DNA of 64,000 bases from positions 66,319 to 130,318 of the forward strand of contig CDMY01000299.1 of NCBI GenBank assembly GCA_001179505.1, given 5' to 3'. Position numbers and translations under genes: made by a program. Each line of letters begins with the position of its first letter. Position 1 is the first letter of the stretch. Below, in pieces: positions 23,945 to 37,794 of the stretch. The notes beneath the pieces were generated by a model, which was not told where the DNA came from, ran no database searches, and saw nothing but the letters and a program-made list of their open reading frames with translations. The stretch comes from Vitrella brassicaformis CCMP3155. Lineage: Eukaryota > Protista > Chromerida.

Positions 23945-24823
23945 ATAGGGAGGGGTGGTGGGGTGGTGCGGTGGGGTGCGGTGGACGAGGCATGACGGCT
24001 GGATGGACATCGCAGGGTCATTGACCATTGACGAATGGTTGACTGGCTGGTTGAATCCAGGTCTTAGATCACAACTGCTCCCCTGTAGCCATCCCTCCCT
24101 CTGCCTGGCTCCAGTCTCGCGCACACATGAATACTGTACAATCGTGCAGCAGTCTGTCTGCCCTGTGTGTTGCGGGCGCAAATCACACCGAATCAAAACC
24201 TCGCTCGTGTGCACACAAAGGCACATAGACTGACAGACATTGGCAATCGCGATTCGAACTGCAGCCAGCCAGCCCGCCCGCCAGCCAGACAGACAGGGTA
24301 ATGCCATGCTGTGCAATCGATGTCGATGTGTCTGTGGGTGTGCCATCTGTCTGCTGGTGTGTGTATATATCGGTGTTGCGAGCGATGTGGATATGTGGAC
24401 ATGATATGTGCGGATGCGCACTTGACCGATGATAGCTAAGATGTGATGTGATGCATTGAAGGCGACATGCACAGTGCATATGCATCAATCAACAAATCCA
24501 TCTACTGGTGGTCATCGACATGCACCTGTACACCCCACTCAGCAGTCGACACACAGCGCCCATTCCTCCTACACACACGGCTGGCCAACTCATCTTCAGC
24601 CGATCATTTTGCTCCACTGCCTGCCTGCCTCTCCATGTCAGCTACCCACCATCTAAGTACGTGGTCAGCCAACAGGCCAGCTACACAGATCCCTCAATTA
24701 CAGCTAGCTGCCCCGTTGTGTCTTGAGGGGATGGAGCGACGAGGCCGCCGGCCACCTGATCAATCAGATGCGTAACAAGGTAATGAAACGCGGGAAACGG
24801 GCGACGCTGTACAGCTCACCTGC

Positions 24824-26708
24824 TCAAGAGCGGCGGTGAGCCTCCAGGGAAAACCCGAGAGCGCCCGTTCGAATTGTGAAGCCGTGGAGAGTCGTGCCAT
24901 CCGCCACGGCTGTCATCTCGGTGAAAGTCACCAGGTACATGACCAGTCGCTGCAGACCTCTCAGCTGCTGCAGCAGTGACGAGAGGGTGTGACGCACGTA
25001 CTCGTCCTTGTCCGCCCGGTCTTCACGAACTGAAAGGACACAGACAGAGGCGTTGGATGTTTCATGGCATGTGGCGTCTTGTGTGCGCCTCTGACCCGTT
25101 AGATTAAAGCACAGTGAGTGGATGACGGGCAAGTCGGCCGCCGCCCCCACCAACTGATCGATGCTGCCCTCATCCATCACCGCAAATCCGAACTCCAACC
25201 ACTCCACCCTCCGGTCCCTCCCCAGCCCCCGCATGGCGCCCACCGCGTCACTGACCGGCATGCTTTTGATATCCATCCTGTGCAACTGTGTGGGCATTTT
25301 CGACGCCAGCAGCCGACTGCTTTCCTCATCCACACGGCCGAGCAGGCGCAGCACTTCACAGTTGGAGATGCGCTGCATGTGTCCGAAGATCGAGGGGCGG
25401 GGGACCGGGGAGTTGCGATCGACATGGGTGCTGTTGAACGTCACTGTCTTGGCGTTGGCGAAGGACAGCTGCCCGGCCAGGTCGATCGCTGACTGCTTGG
25501 GGGCGGGCGTGAGGGAGGGGTTGGGGGTGAGGTCGAACCGCACATCGTCTGTCTGCTCGGCGACCTGCTTCATGACGGAGGTGAGGGCGGGAGACGGATG
25601 GGCGGGGAAGTCGCTGTGGCAAAGGATCATGGGGTTGAATGTGACGAGGGAGGCGGCGAACGTGACTGGGATGTCGGGCGACGCACAGCAGGCAGCTACG
25701 AACCGATCAAGGGCCGACAGCAAGGCTATGTCGGAGCCCACCAGGCCAGACATGCTGAGGTCAAGCTGCTTGATGCTGTTCCGGCAGCCACGCGATGTCA
25801 GCGTCGCCTGCATGCAAGAACAGGACGACACGTGTGTGACACGGACCACTGTCGTGGGTGTTTTCCGATGATCCTACGTGGAGTTGGTCTAGCTCTTGCG
25901 CAGTGATGTTGATGGTGCCGATGGCCTCCAGCTGGCTCAGCGGGCCTGCCTCGCCAGGCCCTGCCACCGGCATGCCCTCGAAGGCTTCCACCCAGGACCA
26001 GAAGAGTTGTCCACTCACACGCCGCAGAGACCGGGACGACACGATGAGTCGCCCCAGTCTGTCGCCGGACCATCCCTCCTGCTCCACTCGGGCCAACGAG
26101 GGCATCTCCCAGCCTCTCTCAGCCAACGAGTCATGGACCACCTCCAGGCCCGTGATGGACGTGAGGGCGTCGAGGGTCGGCCGCATGACGACAGGCGGGG
26201 GACGATGTAGAGTCCTCAGGGGGAGGGTGCGTAGCTGTCGGTCTGTCAATTGGACGCCACGGATCATGCTGATGCTGGTGAGCGTCCCTCGGTGCATCCC
26301 CCTGGCCCGTCGCGCCTCGGCGTGCCCCTCAACGATCGTCACCATAACGTCGAAGCACCAGCCAGCGATACCGACTGGGCAGCGGAGGGTGATGGCCGTC
26401 AGCTGTGTGAGCCATGCGGCCAGTTCCTGGATGATTTCGAGGGGCAGTCGTCGCCAGAAAGACCGCTCGGCTGCCGTGGCCGTGCTGATGGTTTTGGTGA
26501 GGGACCGCTTGCTCCCGTGAGTGTCGCGACAGCTGCATAAGCAGGTGGAGCGGGAGGAAGGCGATGAAGCGAACAACGAGACCAGGCTGCAGACAACAAA
26601 GGAGGACAACCAATCGATCAGCTCATATCACCACGGCCTGCCTGATGCACTTGTGTTGATGCTTACCACTCTACCTATGACGTCGCGTACGACATCGTCG
26701 ACGGTCAT
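24824..26708 (-). pseudogene. Member of a large lineage-expanded LRR-like/F-box-like protein family, with a frameshift near 26500
   Basis: Family-like motifs QPGLVVRFIAFLPLHLLMQLSR, ISTATAAERSFWRRLPL, WCFDVMVTIVEGH, LTSITGL, GPLSQLEAIGTI, LQATLTSRGCR; the exon 1-2 splice enters a frame that stops at 26329 while the homology continues in another frame. Confidence 0.7.
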
Positions 26709-27247
26709 GGACGCTGAGGCAGCAGCCTGAACCAAACACGACGAGTCAGACAAGACAAAGCAGCCACTTCTGTTTGGTTGCAATGGAAGTGGATGTGCTG
26801 CCGGCTGTGTATGAGTGCATCGTGCACGCACCTGCTGTCCATTTGGCTGTGGTGGGTCTTCAGCGCCATCACCGTCACCAAGCAACGTCCCATCTACACC
26901 CTGATCAACAACACAGAGAGAAAACGGCCTGTTTGGGTGCGGCTGCTCCAGCTTTTTCGTCCCTCTCAGTCTGCCTCACCTCCTCTCTGCTTGGGCAGTG
27001 TCCTTTGGCCATCAGGACGGCCCTCCAACCGCTACAAAACCAATACTGCCGCCGATGAACGAAGGAATCTCGTTGCTGTGGATGAAGTGAAAGAGTATCC
27101 CCTGCTCGGCCACCAGGAACGCTCAAACGTCATATCAATTCATCTTGGCATCCTGATCGTTGCGAGCTTTGAAATGCAGAACGTAAGAGGATCTTTGGAG
27201 AGGATGATGAAGGAGATCTTGCGTGAAAGCGTTTGATTCATGAACAA

Positions 27248-30200
27248 ATGGCCATGAGCAGCCCGGCGTTTGCGTATCAGACCCTTCAGCCGTCGTCCGG
27301 CTGCCGAGGCGGGGTGGAAGGGCACTTTCTGTCGCGCCATGACACGCATCTGGTGCTCAATCAGGTGAGAAGACGATAACAATGGGCCAGTGTGATGTTT
27401 TTTAATGTGTGATTGTGTCATGTGTGTGTGTTGTGTGCAGGTATCTCGTCTCGAGGTGATTGTGTTGCGGCCGTCATGGTCGTCTCTCTATCGGCAGGCG
27501 ATGTTCGGCACCATCGTGGACATGCAGGTCAGCTGACCTGCCAGACAGTATACATGACCGCCGGGAATGCATGGCTGTAACGCTCCTGATGGCTTGGCTT
27601 GCACCCCCCTAGGTGGTGGAGGGCAGCGCCCTGTCTGACACTGACGAGACCGTCCCACTCGACACTCTTCTGGTAGCCATTCCTCCCCCGCCATTCAATG
27701 AGCGTCTGCTTGGCCTGCTTGTGCATCCATCGATCAGGTGCTGACAGCCCGCGGCGTCATCGCCCAGCTGGAGGTCACCCCCACGCACTTCCGCCAGCTG
27801 CGATCGTTTGGCAGGCTGCCGGTGCGGCCCCTGCCGTCACCCAGCCATTGGAAGGGGTCACACGGTGCTGTCGACGTCAGGGACGGGCTGTGCGAGGATG
27901 AGCGGCACATGCCGCGGTGCGACCTGATGCACAGTGCTGTCATGGCGGGCACTGCTTTAGCCGTCATGGCAAGGTCAGTGCACTCGTTGGGGTGCTGCAC
28001 GTGTGCAAGAAGCACCTACCTCGTCACTTCTGTGTGTGTGTGTGTTCGCTTGCAGGCAGGGCTTGTTTGCCGTGGCCAGCCTGACGCACCGCATCTATGT
28101 GCTCCCGCTGTCGTCGTCTCGGCCGCCGCTGCCCCTGAATGCGTTTGGGGTGGTGCGGTCCGTCGCGTGGCTGGAACTGGGCAAGAGGGGAGACGTCGAC
28201 GACGAACTCGTCCTGGTGCTGACGGCCCTCTGTCTTGCTGGTCCGTCGAGCCGTGTGTACTTCTTTTTGGTCCCTCCTTCGTGGCCGTCGGGTGCTCGTG
28301 GTGGCGTGGCCGACCTCGACCCAGTGTTCCGCCTGCAGGTGACGGGCGCGGCGACCGGTCTCGCTGTGGCGCCGAGGGAAGACAACTCAGACAGCGGGTG
28401 CCTCATCGTTATGGGGGAGGGCCGGATGGGCGTGCTCAGAGTCAGCCCCGAGGCGCCAGGGGCCATCGACGTGACCCACATGTCCACCGTCGACCTGTCG
28501 ACCGCTGCCATCACACACCCGTCAGTTGCCTCACCGGCCCCCATGGCCGCCGACCTCACCCCACCGCCCGCCCCACCCCCCGGCGGGCCACAAGACGACC
28601 GCTGGATCATCCCGCACCCCCCATTCCCCAAGCCAGCCAAGCCGTCGCGACGAAAGCGACACAGTGAGGACAGGACGTCGGACGAGAACTCGCGGCCGGC
28701 CCTCAAGGAGAGGTGTCGATCGTTCCCCCCGCACGCGCCGCCACAGAGACGCAGTGGGCCGAGAAGTGCTTTGTGGCGGCTGTTTCGTCGGTCGTTTCAC
28801 CGGCTGAATGAGAGGCTGCCGTCAGCTATGACGAGGGACGATTCGTCTGCACGGCCGCCGCCTTTTGACGAGTCGCTCCTTCACATCGAGGAGGACCGGG
28901 AGGCCACGCCCCCACAGCCCCACTCGCGCATCGTGGCTTGCCACATGTGGGTCCGGAAAAGCCTTCTCCTAGCGGTGAGCCACACAGACACGTCCATGGC
29001 AACTCAGTTTTCTTCTCTCATCGTGTGCATTTATTTTCTCAGGACCAAGAGGGTCGCATGATGATGATTCGGTCGGTTCGCGACCCTGTTGCCATCCACG
29101 CGACTTGGATTGGCGGCCACACAGAGAAGACCCTCAGTCTCCCGCCAAGCGCAACTCTGACCGGCATTGCGCCCCCACCCGCCATCTCTCCCTGCCAGTG
29201 CATGGTCAGCCTGGGGGCTGTGGGCGGCGGTGTGCGCAAGGCGAGAGGGCGGGACTGGGAAGGAACGGAAGTCGTGATGATCGGGGCGGCGGGCAGCCAT
29301 CGGCTGATGCATCTGTGGATGGAAGTGAGCCCACTCGGGCAGATTGAGGCGACGTTTGCACCACTGCCGCTGCCGTGCCCTGTCCCTCTCGGGCCATGGT
29401 CGTCTGTGGCGCACATGAGTGGGCGTGTGCCGATGCGAGAGCTGATAGGAACTGGTGGAGGGGATGGCGGGGAGAGCGATGTGATGGTGGACTCTCTTTG
29501 TGAGGAGATCCCGCGTGTCGTGGGCCTGGCCGGGAGGTACCCCTCGTCGGCTATTCAGATCATCGCACCAGGTAGACAGACAGATGGGGCAGAGAGAGGC
29601 ATTCGTGTGCGCAGTGTCCATCCATATGTGCGTGTGTCGGTGTGTCCGTCAGGACATCCTGCGGTCGATGGCCCGGCAGAGCTGGAGTTGGAGGCGAGGG
29701 CGCGGGGCGTCACTGCCATCGCTCTTTCTGACGGTGGCAGCACCGAGGACAAGAACTCCAAGTGAGCATGGAGAGCACTGAACACAGACAGGGCATTGAT
29801 GTCATACGACCTTTCGTCCCCCCGTGTCTGTCTGTCCGTCCCCAGACCAGCATCCACCCTTCTCGTCCTGTCTTTCGTCGCCGAGACGAGATTCCTACTC
29901 GTAAGCCCCACCCGCACCCACATGACATGACATGCACACATACCCCCACACTGTCATCGGCTCCTGTTCTCTCAGATGACGGCCGGCCAAGCCCCCCAAG
30001 AGAGCACTGACGTCGCCCCCACCCCTGCTCCCGCCCCGATGGATGCGGAGACCAACGAGGCGCCGCCCACCTATCCATTGGCCCCCGAGGGTCAGCGATC
30101 GATGTCCATCGACGAGGAGATTGAGGAGAACATGGATGCGGCCGTGGAGGGGGTGCCGACCATCATGGAAGTCGATGCAAATGACCTCGGTGAGACACAT

Positions 30201-33200
30201 GGCACCAGGGCATGGCACACCCGTCCATCTCTCCCCTGTCTGCCTGTTTGTCAGGTCTGGTGGGGTCTGATCCCTCTCTGTGGACAGCGATCCGGTCGTT
30301 TCGGCGTCAGACATCGGGAGCATCAGCGAGCGCAAGACCGTCACCACCACCATCGCAGGCCGTCATCCAAGTGACGTCCCACCAAGTGCGGCTGAGCATC
30401 CTCGAGAGCGACCCCTCATCGCCTCTCGCTGGGCTCACATGCACCGGTCGCTTCACCTGGACCCCGCACGCCATGGGCGGGGGGACGGTGGGGGCGGCCG
30501 GCGGAGAGGGCAATGTGGTGGTCGTGGCCTTGAACGGCGCGAGGGGAGGCGCTGGACCAGGTGCGTGCGTCCACAGAACAGAACACCACACCACACGAAT
30601 GGCCCCGAGTTCCGCTCTGTGTTGTTGAACTTGCAGCCCTTGCGTTCCTGAGTGTGGATCCGACCGACCCGTCCGGCATCCGCCCGCTCCCCCTGCCCTC
30701 TGCGCCATCGCTCTCACTCCCCGCTGAGACCACAGCCGTCCTCCTACACACACTCGGGCCGTCCCTCTCCCTGCTCGCTGCCGGCCTGGTCACATCGGAA
30801 CTGCACGTCCATGTGGTGGGGTATGTGGGTGGCGGTGTGGAGGTGCGCGAGGGGGTTGGCGTCAAGGTGGACAAGGGGACGGGTGACGGCGGAGACCCCG
30901 GAGTGCCGGAAGCCATCGCGTGAGCGAGAAGCCCGAGGAGGGGAAAGAAACGCGGCTTCTGCATGTCATGTGCGCATGTGTGTTGTACGTTTCATTTCAG
31001 TGTGTGTGGGCCGTATGTGTTTGTGGGGTTGAGGAACGGGTGTGTCCGCGGGTGGCCGATTCCTGCGATGAGCATCGATCGCACTCAGGGAGTCGACCAG
31101 TGGATTGAACAGTTGCAGACAAGTGAGTGAGCCAACACGCAGACCAGACCATATGACGCATGAAACCCACAGCGTGTCTGTCTGTCTCTCACCCATCCAT
31201 CGCATCCATCGCTGTAGGTATGGGGTCGCCCCCGATCTCTCTGACGCTGGGCATCCATCCAGTGTCCCTCTCGCCCATCCCTCCGGCCTCCCTTCTGGCC
31301 CTCACGGACCAGCCCTGGATGCTGCACGTCGACAGCCAACATCAGGCCGACCAGACGGCGTCGATTCCATGGCCAGCACTGCCTCCCTCACTGCAAGCCA
31401 TGCCCGTCTGGCTGCCCGCCACAGACCGGGTGAGCCGTCTGCGTGGTTCGGTTCGTTGATGGATCTGTGTGCATGTCTGTGTCTGTGTCTGTGTGTTGGT
31501 GTGGCAGCTGATTGGGGGTGCGGTGATGGCTGGCATGGACGGGCTGCTGGCCTACACGGAGGGTAGCCGTCTCAAGTTCTTCAGGGTCGACAAGGCAACC
31601 ATGGCCACGGTGCGTGAGGGAGGAAACAGACAAACACAAATCACAAAATTCCCGGGCCCGTTCATGTGTCGCTTTCTGTCTGTCCCTGCTCAGAGCCACC
31701 AGCTCTCACTGCCTCTAGCCGCTTCCACCTTGGCCGTGCACCCCTTTGTGCCCCAGTGCTGCGTCGTCACCGGCAGATACCTGCCCCCAGGCCCGCTCCC
31801 GCCATCGCCCCGGTTCTCGGCAGCCGACCTGACTCCACGGACACTGCGGATGCTGCAGGGGCCGCTGGAATCGGTCCCGTCGATTGTTGGCGGCGGCGAG
31901 TGGGGCGTGGGTGTGGGGCGGATGCCCATCACTGCCATGGCCGGACAGTGCAGGGTGAGTAGCATAGAGATACAGAGCACCGGAGGGTGGGTGGGTACTT
32001 ACACACATGCAATCTGCCTTTCGCATCTTGTCTTGTCTTGTCTGTCCTGTCGATCAGCCTGAATCGCCCCCGTCCTCGGGGCCGTCAGCGGCCTCAGACG
32101 CCTTCACGCTCGACCACTTCCTGCCCTTCGCTTCACACCGGCGTGACGACAGCTCCTCTCAGCGGCAGGGCCCCATCGCCAAGTGGCCGCCGGGCCACGG
32201 CTACGAGCGACCTGAGGCGACATGCTTCTGGACCCCACACCCATACCTCATCGAAAAGGTCACGAATGGTGGACACAATCTCACCATCACCAGCCATTCT
32301 GCATCGTTCCCACGTTGGATGCAGCTTCAGAAGCGCATGGATCTCTCGGTGTCATCTCCGCCCAAGCCGTCCCTCTGTCCCGACGGCCCACGCGCCCCGT
32401 CATCTCTGCTGACGTCGGCCCTGCTGGTGGTGGGCACGGCGGTGGGAGCTGCGGGGGGTGAGGTGATCGATGGCGTGGAGTACCTGGTGGGCGAGGGGCG
32501 GCAGGAGGCCAAGCAGGGGAGGGTGCTGCTGTTCTCCGTCGGATACAGGGAGGAGGTGGGCAAAGGGCTGGTGGGATGCGGGGTGCTTGGTTGGGATGGA
32601 TGGATGGATGTGCTGCGTGCAGCCTGCTGACGATGGTGAGGTGCGGCGGTGTGTGGTGCGGCTGCCAGACGTACGTGGGCGGACAGACAGACAGTCTGGG
32701 AGCACGTCAGAGCCTTCCAAATGTATGGATGGATGCATCTATTGTGTGCAGGTCGGGGAGGTGCCCCCTGATGTCCCTCCGATTGACGGCCTCAGTGTCG
32801 GCGAGTCCCTCAAAGTCATCGCACGAACCGCAACGGGCCTCTGCTACTGCAAGTGAGCACGAAAGACCACCGAGCCGGCCGCCAAAGCAAAGCAAGCATT
32901 TATCGTTTTTCTCTTCCACTGCAGGCGCCCCGCATCATCGTCTTTGTCGCCGTGCACTGGGTGGTTGCCCGACACGTGTCTGGAGGGCTTCGGCGACACC
33001 GAGAGTGGTGGTGCAGAGATCCCCCCGCCCCGATGGCTGCAGCTCAACATTGTGGCCAAGGTCATGCTCGAGAGGCCCGTGCAGTGCGTCTGCCCATTCA
33101 TGGTGAGAAATGACAACAACACGGCAGAGAGGCTGGAGGCATTGCTGTGACCTCTCCTTCCAGGTTGACTTTCTCGCCGTGGCTGCCGAGAGACTGGTCA

Positions 33201-35450
33201 GTTGCTGCAAACGCATCATATCTGTGGGCACATGCATTGTTGCTTTGTGTGTGTATGCGTGCAGGTGCTGTTGTTCGCCCTGGCCCTGCACGACCATGAC
33301 TCCGACGTGGCCGACGGCACGGCAGCACACGAGGGAGGCGTGTCGCTACGGCTTGTCACCTTCCTCCCAATGGGCCAACGGGTCAGCAGCCATCCATCCA
33401 TCCATCCATACACAAGACACAGACAGAAAGATGCCGGATGGGCACTGTTGTGTTGTGTGTGCTTCAGGTGGTGTCCCTGTCTGCCTATGGGAGCGTGCTG
33501 ATGGTCCTCGACGCATGGGTGGGCAGCCAATACCAAACACGAACGCACACACACACACATACTCATTGATGTGTTCGTTGCGTTGTATGCGTGTGTGCAG
33601 GAGGGCATGACACTGCTCGAGTATGACGAGGAGACGGCCAAGCTGGTCGCCTGCTCCGTCCACGAACACCCGAGAAAATTCCACACAGGTACACGACCTG
33701 GCTGCCCCAACGCCCTCCTCCCCCTCCCCCCCCGCCCCACAGACACACACACGCATCCCTTTGTGTGTGTGTGTGTCTGTGTGTGTCTCTCAGGCATTGT
33801 CCTGCCCCTCCGTGACGTCCCGACACAGTCCGGCACGGCCGACAACACCCATGGCGAGCCGGACCTGGAGGGCGATTTCGTGTGTGTGTTGGCCGACGGC
33901 TATGGCGACATAGTGGTGAGCCAGCCGCCGCCTGAGAGCAGCAACCCCGATGAGCCCATCGCGCGAGAGCAGCAGGAGGTCGTCAGGTTCAATTTGGGCG
34001 GGGACTGCGCTCTGGCCTTCCTGCCCACCCAGCCGCCACCAGAGCTGCGGCCGAGGTCAGCAAGGGGCCTAGCGGGAGGCATATGTGCTTCGTGGACTCG
34101 CGTGTTTTACTGTGTGTGTGTGCAGGATATTGCGAGATCCGTCATCGGTAGTGCTGTGTCCGACGCGTGAAGGCGCACTGGGCTGTCTGTGGCAGGTACG
34201 TCTGCGTCGGTCGCATCATGAGTACATATTGCGATTATTATGTTTTTCGTGGGCGCCGGGCTGCTTGTTCAGGTGAACGGGCTGTTTGACATCTGCGACG
34301 AGTCCAAGCCCCTCTCCCGCCCGACGCACGTGCACATCCCAGCGGTGGACGACATTGACACGATGGACGCCAGCAAGACCGACACCAAAACACCACCCCG
34401 CCTCCCCTCCCCGCCGCCGTCGCCCCCACTGCCGGCCCTCTCGTCATACCACCCCTACCTCTCATCAGCCACCATCGACGCATCAGGCCTCCCGCCACTC
34501 GGCGACCCACGAATCGCCACGCCGGCCCCCCCACTGGCGTCATTCCATCCTGCCCGGTCACTCGCCATCTGCCGGGATCTGCAGCTGTGTCTGCGGCTCA
34601 TTGGCCGGTCGCTCCTGAGGGGGTGGGCGCAGCAGGGGCTGGGCTGGCCGGTGCCTCCAGCACCTGCTGGTGGTGGTCCTGGGAAAGGAGAGGACGCAGC
34701 GGATGACAACAACGGCAACATGGATGAGGAGAAACAGCCAGAGGGAGAAGAGCAAGAGGGTGAGGGAGAGAGTGGCAAGGGCACTAAGGACGGCTCCCCG
34801 ACCAAGCAGAGGAGGGCCACAGGCACAGCAACAAGGAGGCCTGCCCCCTTTACGAAGGAGCGGTGGACCACTCTCGAGCTCTACGGGCCAGGACTCCCCC
34901 CCGACCATGCAGCAGACGATGCCCCTGACGCGCCGGTGCCGCCCTTGCCGGTGCTGGGTGGGTGGGGCGGCTGGAGCCAGTCGTCGGGTATGTCGATGTG
35001 GCAGCTCGGGGAGGAGGCGGACAGGTGCGGCACCGTGAGGGAGGAGGTCTTCTGCGCAGGCGAGCCGCTCGAGGCGTGCAGGAGCACGTTCTCAAAGACC
35101 AAGGGACTGGTCGGTGCATACACACACACACACACACGAGAGACAAAGGACACATGAGCGGGGTGTGTGTGTGTGTGCAATGTCAGTTGGATGTTGACTT
35201 GTTGGCTCGTGTGTTGAGCCTGTCCGCTGCTGCATGGGACGAGCTCGTGACGCTATTGCAGCACACCGCCACACAACCCGACAAACAAGAGGTCCGTACG
35301 CGCATGTGCCGAGCACAAAGGCAGACAGGCACACAGAGACGTATGCCAACCATTACTGTGTGTGTGGCGGCTTCCTGGTCTCGTGTGTGTGTGATTGCAA
35401 TGCAGGTTGAGCAAGCAATTCGGTTGTTGGCCTTTCCTTTTCGGCCGTAG
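27248..35450 (+). CDS. Large divergent RSE1/DDB1/CPSF1-family (MMS1_N + CPSF_A) beta-propeller protein; many exons
   Basis: N-terminal YQTLQPSSG..EGHF, RLEVIVL..QAMFGTIVDM; C-terminal LLVVGTA..QGRVLLFSV, EGMTLLEYDEETAKLVA..PRK, VLADGYGDIVV, FNLGGDC. Confidence 0.7.
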
Positions 35451-37794
35451 AGGGACAGACGCGTGTAAGACGATTGATTGAACATGTCAGTGTATACATA
35501 TATCTCCTTCAACACAAACATGATCTCGTGTTCGCTCGCCACGGACTCATTCAACACGCTTTGGTCAAGGCATCCATCCACACATTCATGTGCTGTCCGC
35601 CTGCATGTCAACCTTCCAGTCCTCGTGCAAAAGTCAGTTGCACTGACTGTGATAAGTACCAAAGCTGTCCGCAGAGCGACCGTTCAACCATCACATGGAG
35701 TCCAAGTTCGTGATGCAGACGGGCAAGGCACTCCCGGCCAGCGCAGACGCCAGCAGCAAGAAAACCCGCCAAAAAAGTGTGTCAGTCCAGCTCCTTGCAA
35801 AATAGATATACATATGCCGGTTCAAGCGTGTCGTTCTCGTCCACCAAGCCGTAACGCTGTGATGCACTGAGACGATTCACTCGTGCACCAGTGCGCTACG
35901 GTTCTCTGAGTCAGACACCACCACGCTCGCCGGATACCAACCACCGCAAGGTCGTCCGAGCGATGAGACCCCATCACGGTGAGAGGGACGGCACCCATTC
36001 TAGCTACTAGGCAGCAAACCTTCATCCTCCCATCCAGACTACAAAAAACACCAAAAAGCCGTCCTGTCCTCTCTGTCTGCCTGTCTGCTGAAAAGGCCCA
36101 ACGGCGGCGGACAACACAGTGGTGTGGACACGGAACGTCATGCAGCTCGTCCATCGAAAACCCTCTCAGGATAGCTGGGTCAGGCAGAGAGGCAGACACA
36201 ACAGACAGATGTGAATATGGCGCCACGCTGTGGCGCATCGACGTCGTCACAAGACCCCACCACGGCGAGCACCGCATCGCGTCTACGCCACACACCACAG
36301 TACTTTCTGTCTGCCCTGCCCTACGACGAAAATGGCGCTGTAAGCAGACACATCGCCGATCGGCAACAGGACGGAAAACAAGATGGTGTCACACTAAACA
36401 CCGGCCGGCAGACACAGCCGAGTACAGTTACACACGACACGCCGTCGTCGGCAGCCCGTCCATCTGCATTGCCTTCGCTGCCCCGTGTGTCGGACCAGTC
36501 GTGTGATGTGATGGACAGGCCAGCCTGCTGCTGGTAACGCTGGAGCCCGTAGACACACATAGTTGGGGGACACACCAAACAGTCAACACCAGTGTGTGTG
36601 TGGTGTGTGTGTGTGTGTCTGTGTGGTGTTAGCTACGTACAGGAGCATGACGAAACCGACGAGCGTGACAGTGCCCAGCGGCAGCCGATACGCGTCACTC
36701 TGAGTCTGATGATGCACACGCACACATCGAAGCCGCACACTCGAACACCTGGCCCCCCCCTCCTCCCGTCGATTCTCTATCTGTCTACTTACCAGGTCGA
36801 ATTTGTCCTTAGTGAGTGTGACGAGGTCGGGCTGGACCTCCTCGGGCCGCCTTTGCCGCAGATATGGTCTCCATCTGAAATTTACGGGAGCTCTCCACAG
36901 CCTTGGGCAAAGTCGCACACTGACACATGTGAACAGCCAACAAGAGAGCGGGTGTCAGGGTGGTTGTCTGTGTGTGCGTTACATCGAATTCCTCCAGTTT
37001 GGTTCGCATCATCGTCTTCTCGCGACCAACTGGTCCAAATCCTGCAGGCAGCGCGCACACACACACACACGTCCTCCTGGCACCTAGCCATTGTCTTTGT
37101 CAGCTTACCTCCCTGACGCATGACACGAGGCACAGCTGCACGCGACGCTCGTCAGCAGCCCCAGCGGTGCCCTTCAACACAGGCGTGCTGCACGACACAC
37201 ACGCACACACACAAGTCATGAAGCAGAAATTTCATTGCTGTGTGTTCATTGCTGATAAGGCCTTTTGCACCAAATGTTGCCTTTGGCTTGGAGTGTTGCA
37301 GTCCGGGGAAGAAGAAGGGAAAGATCTTCTTGTCGTTGCCGCGGAAGAGCTCCACCATCGTCACAAGCCCAGGGATGTCCATGAAAGACGGTCGGCATCC
37401 CGCCGAAGGGCCGCGACGCATCTCGCTGTCCGTGCAGCCCGCCCTGCGCAACAAAAGGAAAATCGCCTCAGCAAAAGCTCGCCCTTTGCAAGCTCGCAAA
37501 GGTCGAACGAATCGCTTCAAACGACCTGGTCTGCTGCGTGTGCACAGTTTATTCACTCCTCTCACGCACAAGAAAGAGCAGATCAAACGAATGAGAGCAC
37601 ATCCGCCCCGCCCGATAGATCTCTCTTCTCTCCTTCCACCGCTCTCTTCTCTCTTGTCGTCACTTTCTGTCGTGGTGTCTCTGTCTTGGCCTGAGATCCC
37701 TCCCGGCTCGTCGGCATCTGATCCATCATCAGTCCCTTAAGTTCTCTGCGGCAGCGAAACGACTTCATCTTAAAGCTTCTCTCTCTCGACGATC

